From NCBI RefSeq assembly GCF_964204865.1, contig NC_135251.1, forward strand, positions 9,858,001 to 9,922,000: a stretch of 64,000 nt of DNA. The letters are read 5' to 3'. Of the stretch, positions 36,601 to 51,600 are shown one piece after another (the stretch's first letter is position 1; each line of letters begins with the position of its first letter). This DNA comes from Styela clava. Its lineage: Eukaryota. The notes under the pieces were generated by a model. The model ran no database searches. It was not told where the DNA came from and worked only from the letters and a program-made list of their open reading frames with translations. Made by a program: the position numbers and the translations under genes.

Positions 36601-39600
36601 CCTTGCAATCAAATGAATCAAATGATCAAATGATAGTTAGTGCACGCAATGTTTTCTATGTGTTTTATAAATTTACAGCAAGATAGTAGAAGCATTCCAG
36701 AAAATGTAAAAACATAACGAGACCGTATAACTTCTCTGTGTAGAGGAAGTGTGTGGAAACATTTCAAAAATGTAACCACAAAATCACTGCTGAACAACTG
36801 ATAGATACTTGGGTAATAGCCAGAATTTTGCAATGCATGGTAGCACAATTGAACCGATTTATACGTTCAAACAGTCGTAATTTCTCCACTTATCAAATTA
36901 TGTTTATATTTTATATTTATTTGTGTATATTTAGTTCAACCTCCATCCTCAACAATAATACTTTATGGAAATCTTCTGGAAAGATTCGCCGAAGAGGTTC
37001 AGAATTATGCAACTGCTAATGATAGATGTGCAATGAGAGGTGCTCAGTTGGTTGAGATAAAGGATAAAACTATGGACGATAAAGTAATTGAATGGATTGG
37101 GTGAGTGATAAGTAAAGTACAAAATCTAATTTCAGTCATGAATGATATGTCAGATGTTATTGCGAGTCTTAACAAATCATACCCATTACTGCAGGTCTGA
37201 TACAAGATCTTACCTGATGGGAATACAATATTCGACATCAAATGATGTGTGGGAATACAACAGCGACAACACAGCAATCACCTATGATAATTGGTATGTA
37301 CTCGAAGCTTGGTTCATACATTCATATATCGAAATAAAGTATGATTTTAATAAACAATTCGTATTTGCGCTGCAAATGGGCAATATCTTGACAATCTAAA
37401 CACACTATTAAGAATACTTTTTTGCGTCAATATAGTGTTGATCATTTGTACAATACCATTTTATTTATGAGCTTATCGACCTTCCATAGTAATAAAATCT
37501 GTTTAAATGGCAGGTCGTACTTCATTTGTAAATTAGGTTTTACGTTTGAAAAGGGCTCATTGCCTTTTTTGGTTTGAATTTGAATATGCCGAAAAATAAT
37601 ACCATTTCACTTTGATAACGGGCATATTGTATTTCATTGTACGTCGCGAAGTTACTGTGAAAATGATATCAAATTTGTAAATTTGTTGTCTGTAGAGCAA
37701 GTATCAAAAATGCAGCAACAAAACTGAAAACATATGAACAATATAATCCGTGGTATGCGACTAGGATTTACAGTCATGATTTTTTAAAAACTTCATGACA
37801 TATGAAAATCTGATACATACTTCAGAATGGTGAACTCTGATAAGAAAAAGTGGTTTAATTATAACCGGGGCATTTATATATGTTTATTTCATGTAGGGCG
37901 CTGATAACAGTCTCGAGATATTATTATTAAATAAATAAAAATTCATTGACAAATATTATTTTAAACAATACCGATAACACGCATAAAATATAAGATTGTA
38001 TGTTTCAACGGAAAATACATTATTCAGTCACATTTCCAATTAAATATACCTGGTACATTTCCCAGGTTTATCTGCTAGTCTGTAACACAATATGAATATT
38101 AGCTCTAAGTAATATATAATAAGAAACGTCGACATCTGGTGTTTTCGCTTGTCGGAAAGAATCGGGGTGCTAAGTGGGCTTCAGCCAAGATAATGTTTCC
38201 TTATTTTAAAATAAATATTCTACGTCTGTTATTAATTTAAAGATGAGAGAATATTATTGATTCGAACATAAATTTTAACTTAAAGTCATATTATTTATTT
38301 TTTGTACGACGCCTATTCATACTTCCACTTAAATCCATATGACTATCAACGAAACTATAAAACTTAATCTTCATTCAATGACTCGTATGTATTTGTTTAC
38401 ATTGTAGGAAAACAGGTGAAGGTCATGATTCCAACGAAGACTGTGCTTGTATACTAAGTGACGGATGGATCGATGATGTTTGTAGTGGTGGTACATTCAA
38501 ATATATCTGTCAGTCGTGTAAGTGAGTGATATAGAAATGATACAAAAGTTCCTGTCAACACATTTTGAACTGGGTAAAACACAAAATAATTGAACGATTT
38601 GTGATATTGTAAAAACAATTCAACTGCAGGAATTCAAGGTTCTTTTTTGTTGTACATTGCGCATGCGTCATATTATTTGCAGTTGCCACTGGATTTAATT
38701 TGCTGCCACTTACAAATAAAATATATATTCGGTATTTAATTTCGTATATCAAAATGTGGTCGTTATAACTCTAAACTAATAAGTATTAACCAAACCTGTA
38801 CTTGAATTAAAAAAGACTACTGACAGATCCTAACCTATGTTCGAAGAAAATGAGCCGTTCTCAAAAATCGGCATCTAAAGCTTAACATTCATGCGGTAAA
38901 TTTGATAAACATTTCATTCAAAAATATCTTGCGTGAGATATAAAGAGTTTATTATCAGTTTATTAATTGATATAATTATAAAATCGTATCCCGATTCATA
39001 TGCTGCTGTTTTCATCATTATCGATACCGATCTAATCTATTATGTTCTTACATCAAAGATCCGAGTGAGGCAACTACTTACAATGGAGATCTTCTTGAAA
39101 AATATAACAATAAAATAGGAAATGCAGCAGCAAGGAGTAGATGCTCATTGTGGAACGGCAATCTTGCTGATGCAGAATATGCGGCATATAACAAGGCTGT
39201 GCAGAATTTGATCGGGTATCTTTGTTTTATTCAGTGTGGTTCTCGGTATTATGACATTGGTTTTGCATGCTTTACTATGAGTTTTAAAGATGAATTACGA
39301 CTAATCAGGCCAATCATTAATCTATCGTAACGTTACAATCTACTATTAGGTTTATGACATGTCAAATAGGCATCTGTAGATTAGTACTATTTGTAATATT
39401 TTGCGAATTGCAAACAGATACAGACTTCATGCATGCATTTGTAAATCATTTCTCAATATTGTTATCACAGAAATGGAGACTTTTATCATATCGGATTGAA
39501 ATATTTTGATGGGGCATATCGATGGACAGATGGATCAGCAGCAACTTACTTTGATTGGTAAGATATTATTCAGCCGTTTTGGCATTTGACATCAGTAGTC

Positions 39601-42600
39601 GATGTTTAAAATTTACGTTCAGAACTCATTATCATACTCGGTTCAATAATCTATATTGTGTAATCCTGACATAAATCGCAATACCATAGAATAAGGACTC
39701 AAAAATATTATACTGAAGTCTAAAACTTGTAGACTTTGAATAAAATTGCACAAAATGTTCGTTTAATCGCCCTCCAATTACCACTCGTATTTGATTGAAT
39801 GTAAATGATATTTATGTGGAATTTCATTTTGAAAGTAATTACGACGTCAAAACAATACTTACATATTTTTATGATAAAAAGCAAACTAAGTATTCTGAGC
39901 TTTTTCAATCTGACAAAAATTATATTTCTTTCTAAATGACGTAAGAATTTAACTAAAAAAGAGTTGTCTGTATGAATACATAATATATATACGAAGATAA
40001 TCAAATCAATTGACGTAGTGAATATAAATAAACATGTTGAATATTAATGACAGCAATTTAAAAAATTTATGAACTATAATGAAATCAAATTTATAGGGAA
40101 ACTGGCGAAGGATCCGATATTGGCAAAGATTGTGTTAGGACCAATCAAAAATCTTGGCGTGACACAGTGTGTGGGGGCCCAATAGGATATATATGTCAAT
40201 CTACAGGTAATATGTAACAAACGGTATTTCATTTCTTTTATCATAAGTAAAAAACTGAGGTTTTTGACAAACCTAAACGGCCTGCAATAGTATCCGAATT
40301 TATATCCTTCATATGACAATTTAAAAATTTAAATCAGTATTTTTTTTCACTGTAAATATCTGATCTAAAACGACACTGAATTAAAATTCCACCATGCTTA
40401 ACAGGACAATAATAATCACGAAGCCGAAACTATTAGCCTTAGCGAGAAAATATATTTTTACTGTATCAGTTTTTTTTATCGGCATCTGCCAATAAGTAAT
40501 AAAATGTTATCGCCTCATTCTGTATTTTTGAAATTAAAAGACCCATGAAAAGTGTAAAACTTTCAAATTTTCTTTGATCGATCTGTTTAGCTTATTGCAC
40601 GGGCAAATCTGGCACTTGTCAAAATGGAGGAAGTTGTGTGTCTTTTAGATGGTGTGAATGCGCAGATGGATTCTACGGCGATACCTGCTCAAGCAATGGT
40701 GAGTTTATAGTGATGTATTGAATTGTCTACATCTTTCCAACATGGAGCAAGATACGAGCGTAAAAAATCTAAGATCGACATTGGTATTGTTATGAAACTG
40801 AAATAATAAGCACTCAAAATGAAAAATCTGTTTGCAACTAAGAGACTCAATATGACATCATAATATCATTTAAATAGTGCACGAAACATTCAATATTTCT
40901 TACATCCGAAAAATGTGTGCATGGCTAAGACGATACTACTAAACGCCTCGCCAATCCTATAGGCAGTGCAGTTAGATAACTTATCAAACACATTATAGCC
41001 AATCATTTTCTAATTGATGTTAACAGTTCAGGTTAATATTATATCACATTATTATTTTTAGAATACTGTCCGAATAATGTAAATCCGTGTCAAAATAGAG
41101 GAAGCTGCGAGAATATGCCAGGAACCGATCCATACTATAAATGTAATTGCAAGCCAGGATATTTCAACGTCACCTGTTCTAGTGATGGTGAGTAACAATT
41201 TTAAATCTATTTAAAGTTCACTTCAGATTTGGAAATTCGAAATGGGTGGACCTTCACTAAAGCATTGCATTATTGTGCTTAAGTTTTAAACTCGAGCAAT
41301 TAACATATATTAGATTCATTCGCTTGGTCTAATTTATTTTAAATTTTATTTACTTTTATGCTTTATCATCAATAATAAGTCTACGTATTTTATTGTTCGT
41401 TTGAAACTATAGTGTTGAAATCTGCATAATTGATGTCAATGACCAAGGTGACTATAACAGACTCATTTTGATGCCTTTCATTAATTTTTGCGCTAACTGT
41501 TAATCTATCGCAATGTAGGAATCTTACTATAATTCAATTAAATTTTGTACGCGATTATTACGTCATAGTATTTAGTAATAGTCAAATTAATATACGTTTC
41601 GAGTATTTATCTCCCTCCTGCATCGTATTTGGAAATGGCAAGAATGGAACTAATAAAAATTTACCTTCATATTTTAGAATACTGTCCAAACAATCCAGAC
41701 ACTTGTCAAAACGGGAGCTGTAAGAATACACAAGGGGAGGATCCGTATTATGAATGTGACTGCATGCCGGGTTTCTTCGGATATAACTGCTCTAGCGATC
41801 GTGAGTATCGTTAACTTGATTCGAGACGATTTCGCAATTCTTTTACGTTATTTTACTTAAAGTGGGGTACGCCATCATAGTGAATACAATAATCTGAAGT
41901 ATAAATTAATTGATTTACATCAGAGGTGTCATGTCGGCTACTACGACAATACATGATTTCTGCAGTCGACGGTGACAAACTATACTTTTTGAATATAAAT
42001 TGATATACCGTAAAAACTTACAATACGAACAGAAATACAATTTATAACGTTTAATTTTACTGAAACTAAGTTATTATGATTCTTTTATTGATTCAAATCA
42101 AAGCAAAATAGGTATTTTTGTTTCCTCGTAAAATTCCTTCACAAAATAAAGGTATTTTTTAAGCCATAAATTCACATTTTGTGAATTTAGTAATTCAGTC
42201 ATTTAGTACAATGATATATTAATCTTAGCGGTTGAGAATATGTAAAGTTATAAAATAGGCATGACTACACGAACAAGGTTAATGATATGCCACGTATAAA
42301 TTTCAGAATACTGTCCCAACAATGAAAATCCGTGTCAAAATGAAGGACGCTGCGAGAATTCACCAGAGATATTTCCATACTATGAATGTGCTTGCAAGCC
42401 TGGGTATTTCAACGACACCTGTTCTAGCGATGGTGAGTAACAATTTCGTAGTTTGTTACTTATCGATCTTAAGATCGGTAAGTATGTTGATAGGTATTTG
42501 TCTGTTTGTCTGTCTGTCTGTTTGTATGTTTGTCTGTTTGTCTGTTAGATAAACGCGATATCTCACGCGTGGTTGAATCTGCTCCAAATTTTGCATGTGC

Positions 42601-45600
42601 ATGCATCTTACCTCGGACCAGAAGCCTATAGATTTTGGGTTAATTATGTCATATAATTAGCGAGTTATTAACTAATTACCGATCTAAGATCGATAAGTCT
42701 TCGGTCTCCGACCGATATTCTCGTTTCTATATTTGTATTCGATTAAAGTTACACAATAAAATACGATTAAACGAAAAATAGAATTGTCTTTCCGGAACCT
42801 CCAAACCGTTAAAATTTTTCATTGTTACTTATCGATTTTAATCGGTAAGTATGTTGATAGGTATTTGTCTGTTTGTCTGTATGTTTGTCTGTTAGATGCA
42901 CGCGATATCTCACGAAAGCGAGATTGAATCTGCTCCAGATTTTGTATGTGCATTCATCTTATTTCGGACCAGAAGCCTATTGATTTTGGGCGAATTATGT
43001 CGTATAATTAGCGAGTTATCAATCAATTATTGATATAGTGATCTAGATTCTAGATTTTTGTAAAGCGAGAGAATTTCGAGACTCGCCGAGTGTGTGTGTG
43101 TGCGATGCGCAGTGCGCAAGTTACAAGAGCGGATGAATCGAAACTGCAGTTTCTGTTTTGGGGGATCCCCTAACTATCGATCGATAAGTCTTCGGTTTCC
43201 AACCGATATTCTCGTTTAATATATTTAACCTTCACGCTGCGCAAACCCCATTTTGCATGTTGTTGTTTTTTTGTCAACCATTAAGCCCTAAAGCTTTACT
43301 CATGAATTTTTAAAAGCGTGTACTAGAGTTATATTCAGCAATATATCTTTAAAACACACTCCTCCAAAAAACAATTTTCATGCGAAAAATTTTCAAAAAT
43401 CTCTAAAAAAAATTTGACCTCAAGATATTCTGTGTAAAGTAGAGGGTTAAAGACTTATATATGAATATTACGAGGGTTCGGTACTTTGCTCATATGATTA
43501 AACATAATAAACATCTGTATACATATGAGGATAGTTTTCATTAAAAATTTTCATTTTGACAACTAATGGTGTTTTGAAACCTCGATGAATCCGATACAAA
43601 AAGACACGCGCAATGTAAACACCCGTGACGCGCGAACAGGTGATCTGCCGTGGCGCGTCGCATTCAGGGTCTACAAATGCCTGTTATGATATTTGGAAGT
43701 ATGGTAAAATTTATTTGAACAGCTGCAATGCTCTTGACATATATGGACTAATTAACTTATATTTAACGCCTTGATTGATTTGTATTATTTACATCATTTT
43801 TTGTGGAGACCGGTGTAAAGGATAATTTGATTTTGTATTTCAGAATACTGTCCAAACAATCCTAATCCTTGTAAAAACAACGGAAGCTGTGAGAATACAC
43901 CAGGAGAGGATCCGTATTATGAATGTGACTGCTTGCCGGGTTTCTTCGGATATAACTGCTCCAGCGATGGTGAGTATTGTTAAACTGAAGTATATATTAT
44001 TTATTAAATTTCCATTAAAGATGTGATGTTGGGCTACTAAGACAATACCGGATTCTGGCAATCGACTAACTGACTACTTTTTGAATTGGAATTAATAATT
44101 AATTAATTAGGTTATTATATCAAAACAGGAATTTTAATTTTGAAGGTTTCATATTCCCGTCAATAAGTTAAACGAGAATATCGGTCGGAGACCGAAGACT
44201 CATCAATTGAAATTTAAGGGGTTCCCCCAATACAAGTCAAGTATACAATATCAAGTCTTCCTATTCATTACTCAGACCCTTAATTTTTGCTTTGAAAAAC
44301 TTTGTTTCAATTTTGATCATATTTTGTGAAACCTGACAACCAAGAATAGGCCTTCATCGTATGTCTATGTTCAGTTAATATGTATTTGTTTTTACCAGTG
44401 GTTCACCAAGGGGGATGATATTGTTTGATAATTGTTGATTTGTTATTTTTAAAATTTAACTTCAAAAACTCAGCAATGATTTAGAAATATATTGATTGCA
44501 GACGGTTGCATTTCCTATAACGCTGCAGAAAATTAGCTGTATTGTTGAAAAGTTCCAGTTGCGCCTCTAGTTTAAGGTAATCAAAACGTTGCGGTTCGAC
44601 GGAAGCTTGCATAATAACGTAGGGGTTCGGCAGGTTGGCAAAGATAAAAACAAAAACAAAAAAAGACTATTATGTTGCTTGTTCTTCAAATATATTATTT
44701 AGTTAATCGCATTTATTTTCTGAATCTACAATTCTTTATAGTTTTTATTTTCGATATTTCATAGTAGTGTCCTAAATATACCAAAACAATATTACCATAA
44801 AACGCTGAGTAATTATTTACAGAATTAAAGAAAATACCCATTCTAACCAGTATTCTCCTATGTTTTCTCTGATTTTTGTTTTAGGTATTGATAGATCGGG
44901 GAATAAAATATACATGTAATAATTGTAATACAATTACATGTAATATTTAACTTAACAAACATTATTTCTCGTTAGAATATTGCGATCACAACGATAACCC
45001 ATGTTTGAACGGAGGAAGCTGTGTATCAGTGAATAGTGATCCTTACTATAAATGTGATTGTTCAGCTGGATACTTCAGTGACATTTGTTCAAAAGGTATG
45101 AGGAATAAGATAATTAAAATAAGAAATATGCCTTAACGAAAATGTGCCTTGTATAGTATGTTTAAATTAAGTAGACACCGTGAAGGTGATTACAAAAATT
45201 CTATTGTCAAACATTTCTCAAAACATAACCATGTTGGGTAACATATTCTTTTACAATACAAATTGGTCCATTTCAATATTCGACGAAAGATATTTTTGTA
45301 ATCACCGAAACTATTGCGCGTCTCACATTTCTATCATAGCAAATAAGAAAGGTGTGGAATCAATGTAAATTAGCTAATTATGCTACATAACTGATGTTCA
45401 AAACATTTTATTTTCAGATTTAATAAAGATTCAAGCAATTGAATCACTTATTGCCATTGCTGAAGGAAACGCCATTTTGCTGTTAAATGTTACAACATAT
45501 GACGGTCTTTTGACGGTTGAGCTACATAGAAATATTAGTTCTGAAACCCCCATAGATATACAGAATAATGTTACCAATGGAACCTCGCAGTTCATACTCC

Positions 45601-48600
45601 AAAACATAAACAAATCAAGCGAAGGAAACTATATGTTCATTGCCTATTCTGCATCGAATGACTATCAAAGAAATGACACAACGGAATTGATAATTCACGG
45701 TATAAAAGTGGTAATTCTATGGAAAAGTGAAACGCTAAGCAATTACATACTTTCAATATTTCATTGATAGAGTCATAATATTTATGCGCTGTAATATACG
45801 ATAAAATGCAAATAAAACATGCGAGGAAATCTGGTAAAACTAACAAAGATAGGTTTGTATGTACATAATGACGTATAAATTATATGCAAAGTAATAACAT
45901 GAGGTTTTGTTAACCATAATCAATGAAATCCAATACACATATATTTTTAAACGACATATCATTGAGAACCCTAACAAAATTTTACCATGTGAAATTCAAT
46001 TTAAAAATATTATGTCAGCGTCAAAAGATTTATATTCAACTTTATTGACATGCTTATTATTCCACTATCAAATGGAACCCTATTTCATTTTATTTATGGT
46101 AAACTTCAATATTTTTATTATTCGGTGATACTAACAATCTAATTTCATTTCAGTCAATGTCAGCATCACAACCATAAATCCATACACGATATTCTCTCCG
46201 GTTACAACTGGTCCAAGACAGGTTGTATGCAATGCCTCTGGTTACCCATCTCCAACAAAAACAACATGGCTGATAAATGGCGTGAACGTTTCTCTGCAGG
46301 AAGGTTCGGGAGTCTACCAATATCACGAAGAAACTCACGCAATTTTGTATATCGCCAAAGCACAATCATCTGACGATGGAAACTATACTTGTCGAGCCAC
46401 AAATTATGTAGGCGAAGACTCACTAGAAGTATTTGCAGAAGATTATACCGAACTCTCAGGTTTATTTTTGTTTGTAAATGTTCAGTTTCCAAAAGCGATG
46501 ATCATTTCGTCAATTCACATCAAACATTTCGCCCAGTCTTGTATTTAGTATCAACAAATTTGAAATAGTTTCCATGCAACATTCTTTATTATAATTTTTG
46601 TTTACCAGTTTACGGGTCTCCACATATTATTGAAGTGAATGAGAAGCCATGCAGCAGTGACGGAATACTCACCATAAGATGGACGCCTAACAATCAAACT
46701 ATAGGGATATCTCACATGTTTGTATTTTTTCTTTCCTATTCTTCAACTTCAACTGTTCCGCATTATTCGTTTGTTAATTATACCCTTTTTTAGTTTTACA
46801 GTGACAAGTCAAAACTCCACGACATCTGACAAAAAAAATGAAACTGCAGTAGATGGTAAAGACGTGGAATTCAATAATTTACATCCCTTCACGGAATACT
46901 CAATAACGGTAAGGGTGGAAAAAATGATTTCAAATTTATTGATTAAATTTTTATAAACGGAAAATATTTATATTGGCTTTCTTAGGCTGAGGTTTGTCCA
47001 GATGAATGCATAACAAAATTAAATGCCACGTCAAAAGCGACGACGGGGCATGGCCTTCCTGGATTAGTAAACAATCCGAGAATGCAAATGAACCCGACAG
47101 ATATCTGCCATGTATCGTGGGAAAATCCAAACACACCGGACGATCAGATCTTACAATACGAGGTAAATATATGATAAACAAGAAATTTCATAAATTAATG
47201 TATATTAGGATTGCATTAACTTAATAAAGCTTAATTTGAACTTTCCTAATACTTAATTCTCTTTGTTGATTAGGCTGATAAGTATTATCGAATATAGAAA
47301 TTTTAAAAATGAACAACAAACACACGATATTGTTCACTTACGTCACGCAACCTTAAATTAATTTAGATTTGTTTAATTAGATTCATATATATATCACGGA
47401 TTACGTGGATTTAACATTCAAATAGTTCAGAGAAATAATGAAACTAATGTCTTCTTTGTAATCTAAAAAATGTACAATTATAATTTCTTACATATGCCAA
47501 CATCTTTCAGATTACGTGGAGTTCAGAATATGTGTATAAACCACCAAACACTGAGACATTATCTTCGCCAGTAGCTGACAAAGTACCTGCATTGAATCTT
47601 ACATATGATATTGAAACAGAATCAAATCGACAATATTCAGTAAACATAACGGCATATACTTGTGCTGGTGCAGGTCTACCAGTAGCCGCAGAATGGGAAT
47701 GCATAACAGAAAACGAAGGTGAGCGAAGGAAAAATTCAGAATTCTGGATAAATAAAATGAATGAAATATATCCTCATACAATCTAATATTTCTGAGTTTA
47801 GAATACGCGTTTAAATAATTCTGCATATATTTGTTTCAGACTTAAAAATTGTCGTCTAACATTGGTGTATATTTTTGAATGTCTGTAAATTACAAAAACA
47901 GAAAAATTTGGTTAGTCGTTTTTAATTCTTATAATTCAACAAAATATTATGAGGAATATTTTGCAATGTTCAGAGTTGCAATCATATTTACTCAATCAAA
48001 ATTGTCTGACACATAGAATCGTATCACAATTTAACAGGTCCTAATGAGGTTGTTGAACCAATAATAAGAGAGAGTAACGGCGATTTATCAACAAGAGATA
48101 TCGATATTACCATACCAAACGAGGAAAACGGACCAATAAGGTGACTAGAAGTGGTTGAAAATTAGAGATGCGTTGCGTGTTTGCGTGCCAAGTGACAATC
48201 ACTCTCTCATTACTTTAGAATGTAAACGTTACATGTATGGGCCATTATTGCAAATTCTGCACATAATAGTTATATTATTCAATAAAATTTACATTACTTG
48301 CAATATATCAGTACCATGTGCCATAGAGAACTGAAAAACGTTATCAATACTGAATTTAATTCTTAATGTCCATAGAAATTAAAAATTAAGAATACGATTC
48401 TATATTTCTCAAGTATTCTGTGACAGTTTGACGATAACATAAAATCGTCGTATTACTTAAAAGCATACCTTTTTCCAGTTGCGTATTCGTAATCGTGAAC
48501 CAAGGGAATTTAGCAAACAGCAGCAAACCGTTTGAAATAGAAGATCTGGAGAAGGCAGCAAGTCAAGAAAGTGTATCACAAGGAGTTGAATACCTTGCCA

Positions 48601-51600
48601 TTGCTATTCCCAGGTAAACGAGGCAATACAATGCTAGATAGGAATGAAATTATTTGGTGATGAACCCGCTTTATTTTATTTAGAGCTACGATAGGAAACG
48701 ATAAAATTTATACGACGACGCTTGGTGATGATGAAATAAATTTAGAATGCGATCTTATAACAATATGGTCAAGCAAAAATATAAAGAAACGCAGTGCACG
48801 AGCTACTTCACAATATTCAGGGAATAATTGGCCATTGAAAGCCGATGGGGCGTCCTATAGGTAGGTTGTGTTTTTTCCTGTAAGACCTTTTAGTTTGTAA
48901 AAATAGATCATAGAAGAAAATTTGAAATTGTAATGAACAAAATTATAGTTTTCAAAATAAGTTGTACCAGGTATAGATAGACACATATCTATGTAAGCCA
49001 TATATTACATTCTGTTAAAGCTTCTACACGGTGACCTCAACTCCAACAAGCAAAGACGTAATATTTGGCAAAAGTGAAATTACCTCATTTGTCAATGGGT
49101 CTGTGCGTGAGTAGTTTAATACTGCAATACAAATTTTGAAATCGGTAGTTCAATTATTAAAAAAAGGTTTACTTATTTGAAATAATTACAGCATTTTTCA
49201 GAATTAGGCCATAAAGCATGCATGACGAGTCTGTGACACCTGCTGACTACATCTACCTATTTATTTGCATACAAATAACAAAATTGTGTTATTAAGATCT
49301 AGCATTATAAATCAAGTATAAAATATCAATGTCATTATTTCAATTTTATTACAGCTATGGGATGGATTGCGGCCGTTGTTATATGCCCTATTCTTATTAT
49401 AGTGATTATGGGAGGAATGTATTATATGTGGAAAAAGTAAGTACATTATAACTAGGAGTGTTTCTCAATCAATTGGAATCTTGTAATTGGGAAAGCATCG
49501 TAAAGCATTGTGAAGTTTTTCATTCAGCCAACCTAACGGTGTATTTTTCTTAATGTGCCGTTTAATCAGATTTCTTTGTCCACCCCGAAAATCTACATCT
49601 AGCGTTACATCTCAAAGAAAAAATTCTCAGAATAACAAGAGACATTTATTTAACATAGCCCACAAATTAGAAATTAAAAATTTTGAGCTACTATAAATCA
49701 ATTATTTGACAGGCGTCAAGCAAAGAAGATTCCAGATGATTATGCAATGGGAAATCAGCCAGCTACTAATATACCAGGTAAGTTTAATACTGATACCCTG
49801 TAAATAAATTTGAAATTATCAAACCCGTGCTTGGGAAATAGACTTAGGATTATCACAGCAACAAAAATAAAGAAAATAAACAAACAATTGTTAAATAATA
49901 TTTTTTTAAAAATGTTTTTATTAGATGCGCCACTATACGAGAATGTAGAAAGTATTACAAGACCTGAAACGGATATTCCATTAGGAATGCTCCATAGTGT
50001 TTACAAGATGCTGAAAGCTGATGAGAACATGCAGTTTCGTGAGCAATACCAAGTAATATACTAAAGTTGTTCAAGCAATAAATATTTATTTTAGTTTTGA
50101 AACAACAATCGCATCTCTTTCTAATATCTATTTTTTCATGTATTACATGACAAAATCGAAATATTTTATAACGGTATTCAATTCAAGTACACAAAATTAC
50201 AATATAAAGATAATTTCTAGAATAATATTACACGCCTCATATATATGTAATTTTAGAGAGATTATCTATTTAACGTGGTAGATAATTGAAGATTTTAACA
50301 AAATGAGAATAAAAGGTTAATATTTGTTCGTTATAAAATATATACAATGTTATTCTTTTATTATTATGGTGTTAAATCGGTATTCATGAATCAATTATTT
50401 GTAGGAGATCAAAACAAAATCCAAAGCAAATGCTCCTCCGACAACGGTAGGGGGAAGTGAAGAAATGATGACGAAAAATAGATACAAAAACATATTGCCG
50501 TGTAAGTTATATTAAATCTTTAAAGAAATATCTGTTTTGTTTTTCCAAGCTTTGTAATTTGCTAATTGCAATTTAATATAAAATCTGGTATCTGGCGCAC
50601 CGGCTCAAATTTAACAAATTTACAAGCGCAATAACCCACTAATAAATCCAGACATATAATAGAACAATTTAAATTCCCAACATGGTACACGCGGATAAAT
50701 CAAAAAGCTCATGTTTAATTTTTATTTTAATCATTTTATACCGTCTTTCATAGACGATACCTCCAGAGTTTCACTGAAAGGACAAGGGGTTGATGGATAC
50801 ATAAATGCTTGCTACGTCAACGTGAGTACAAAACGTGATAACATGACAGCGGCTATATGCGATGTTATATATTTATGGGGAAAAAGGGAATTTTTCTAAC
50901 TAAAATAATTATGATTCGAATAAATTAACTTGGCCAACTACAGATTTTAAAAAGAGTATATGGTCGTCTGGAGAATTTTAGAGTTTCATAAATAAAATAT
51001 TATATACAAATTTAAACCAGGGCATTAAGAAGCAATTTATTGCGACACAAGGACCTCTACTAAACACGAAGGCGGATTTTTGGAGAATGGTAGTTGAACA
51101 AAATTGTACAATAATTGTGATGTTAACAAAATGCGTCGAGGCTGGAAAGGTATTTTAACTAAATAACTTTTTAAAAATATTGCGTTGAGATTTGCAAGCA
51201 CACCCTATACTAAACGTTGAGATATCGTAATTATTGCTATGTATAGCTAAACGTTATAAGTTGATTTTGCGTCACCAAAACAAACAGAGCAATTTAACGA
51301 TTATTTATCTTGGCTGTGGTATGTTGACTCATTATGTAACATATGATTTTTGCCTCTGTTCTTATTCAACTTCTATTTTAAGGACATTCGTTTTTTTCCT
51401 ACAAATAATTACAACTCTTGTTTTATTTTCTCGTGCAAACTCATGATGAAATTACCGATTACCATTTTATATTATATTTATACATAAACAGATAAAATGC
51501 GAGCAATACTGGCCAAACGTTAACGAATCAGTTCAACAAGGATCCTTCATTGTGAGAAATGAACAAGAAATATATTACGGTGGATTTGTACGAAGAATTC

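Larger units (their letters stand above)
3700..41187 (+). repeat. Tandem segmental duplication: ~3700-21119 is paralogous to ~25560-41187
   Basis: Exons, introns, 3' flanks and promoter regions are collinear, with offsets of 21859 (first FN3 exon), 22133 (ATG) and 20068 (second EGF exon). Offset changes track TE insertions. Confidence 0.9.

Noticed and set aside
583-45095. Regularly recurring ~126-bp units as a CRISPR-like or satellite array
   Set aside because: They are spliced EGF exons with GT-AG boundaries in eukaryotic genes; no repeat-spacer structure or cas genes.
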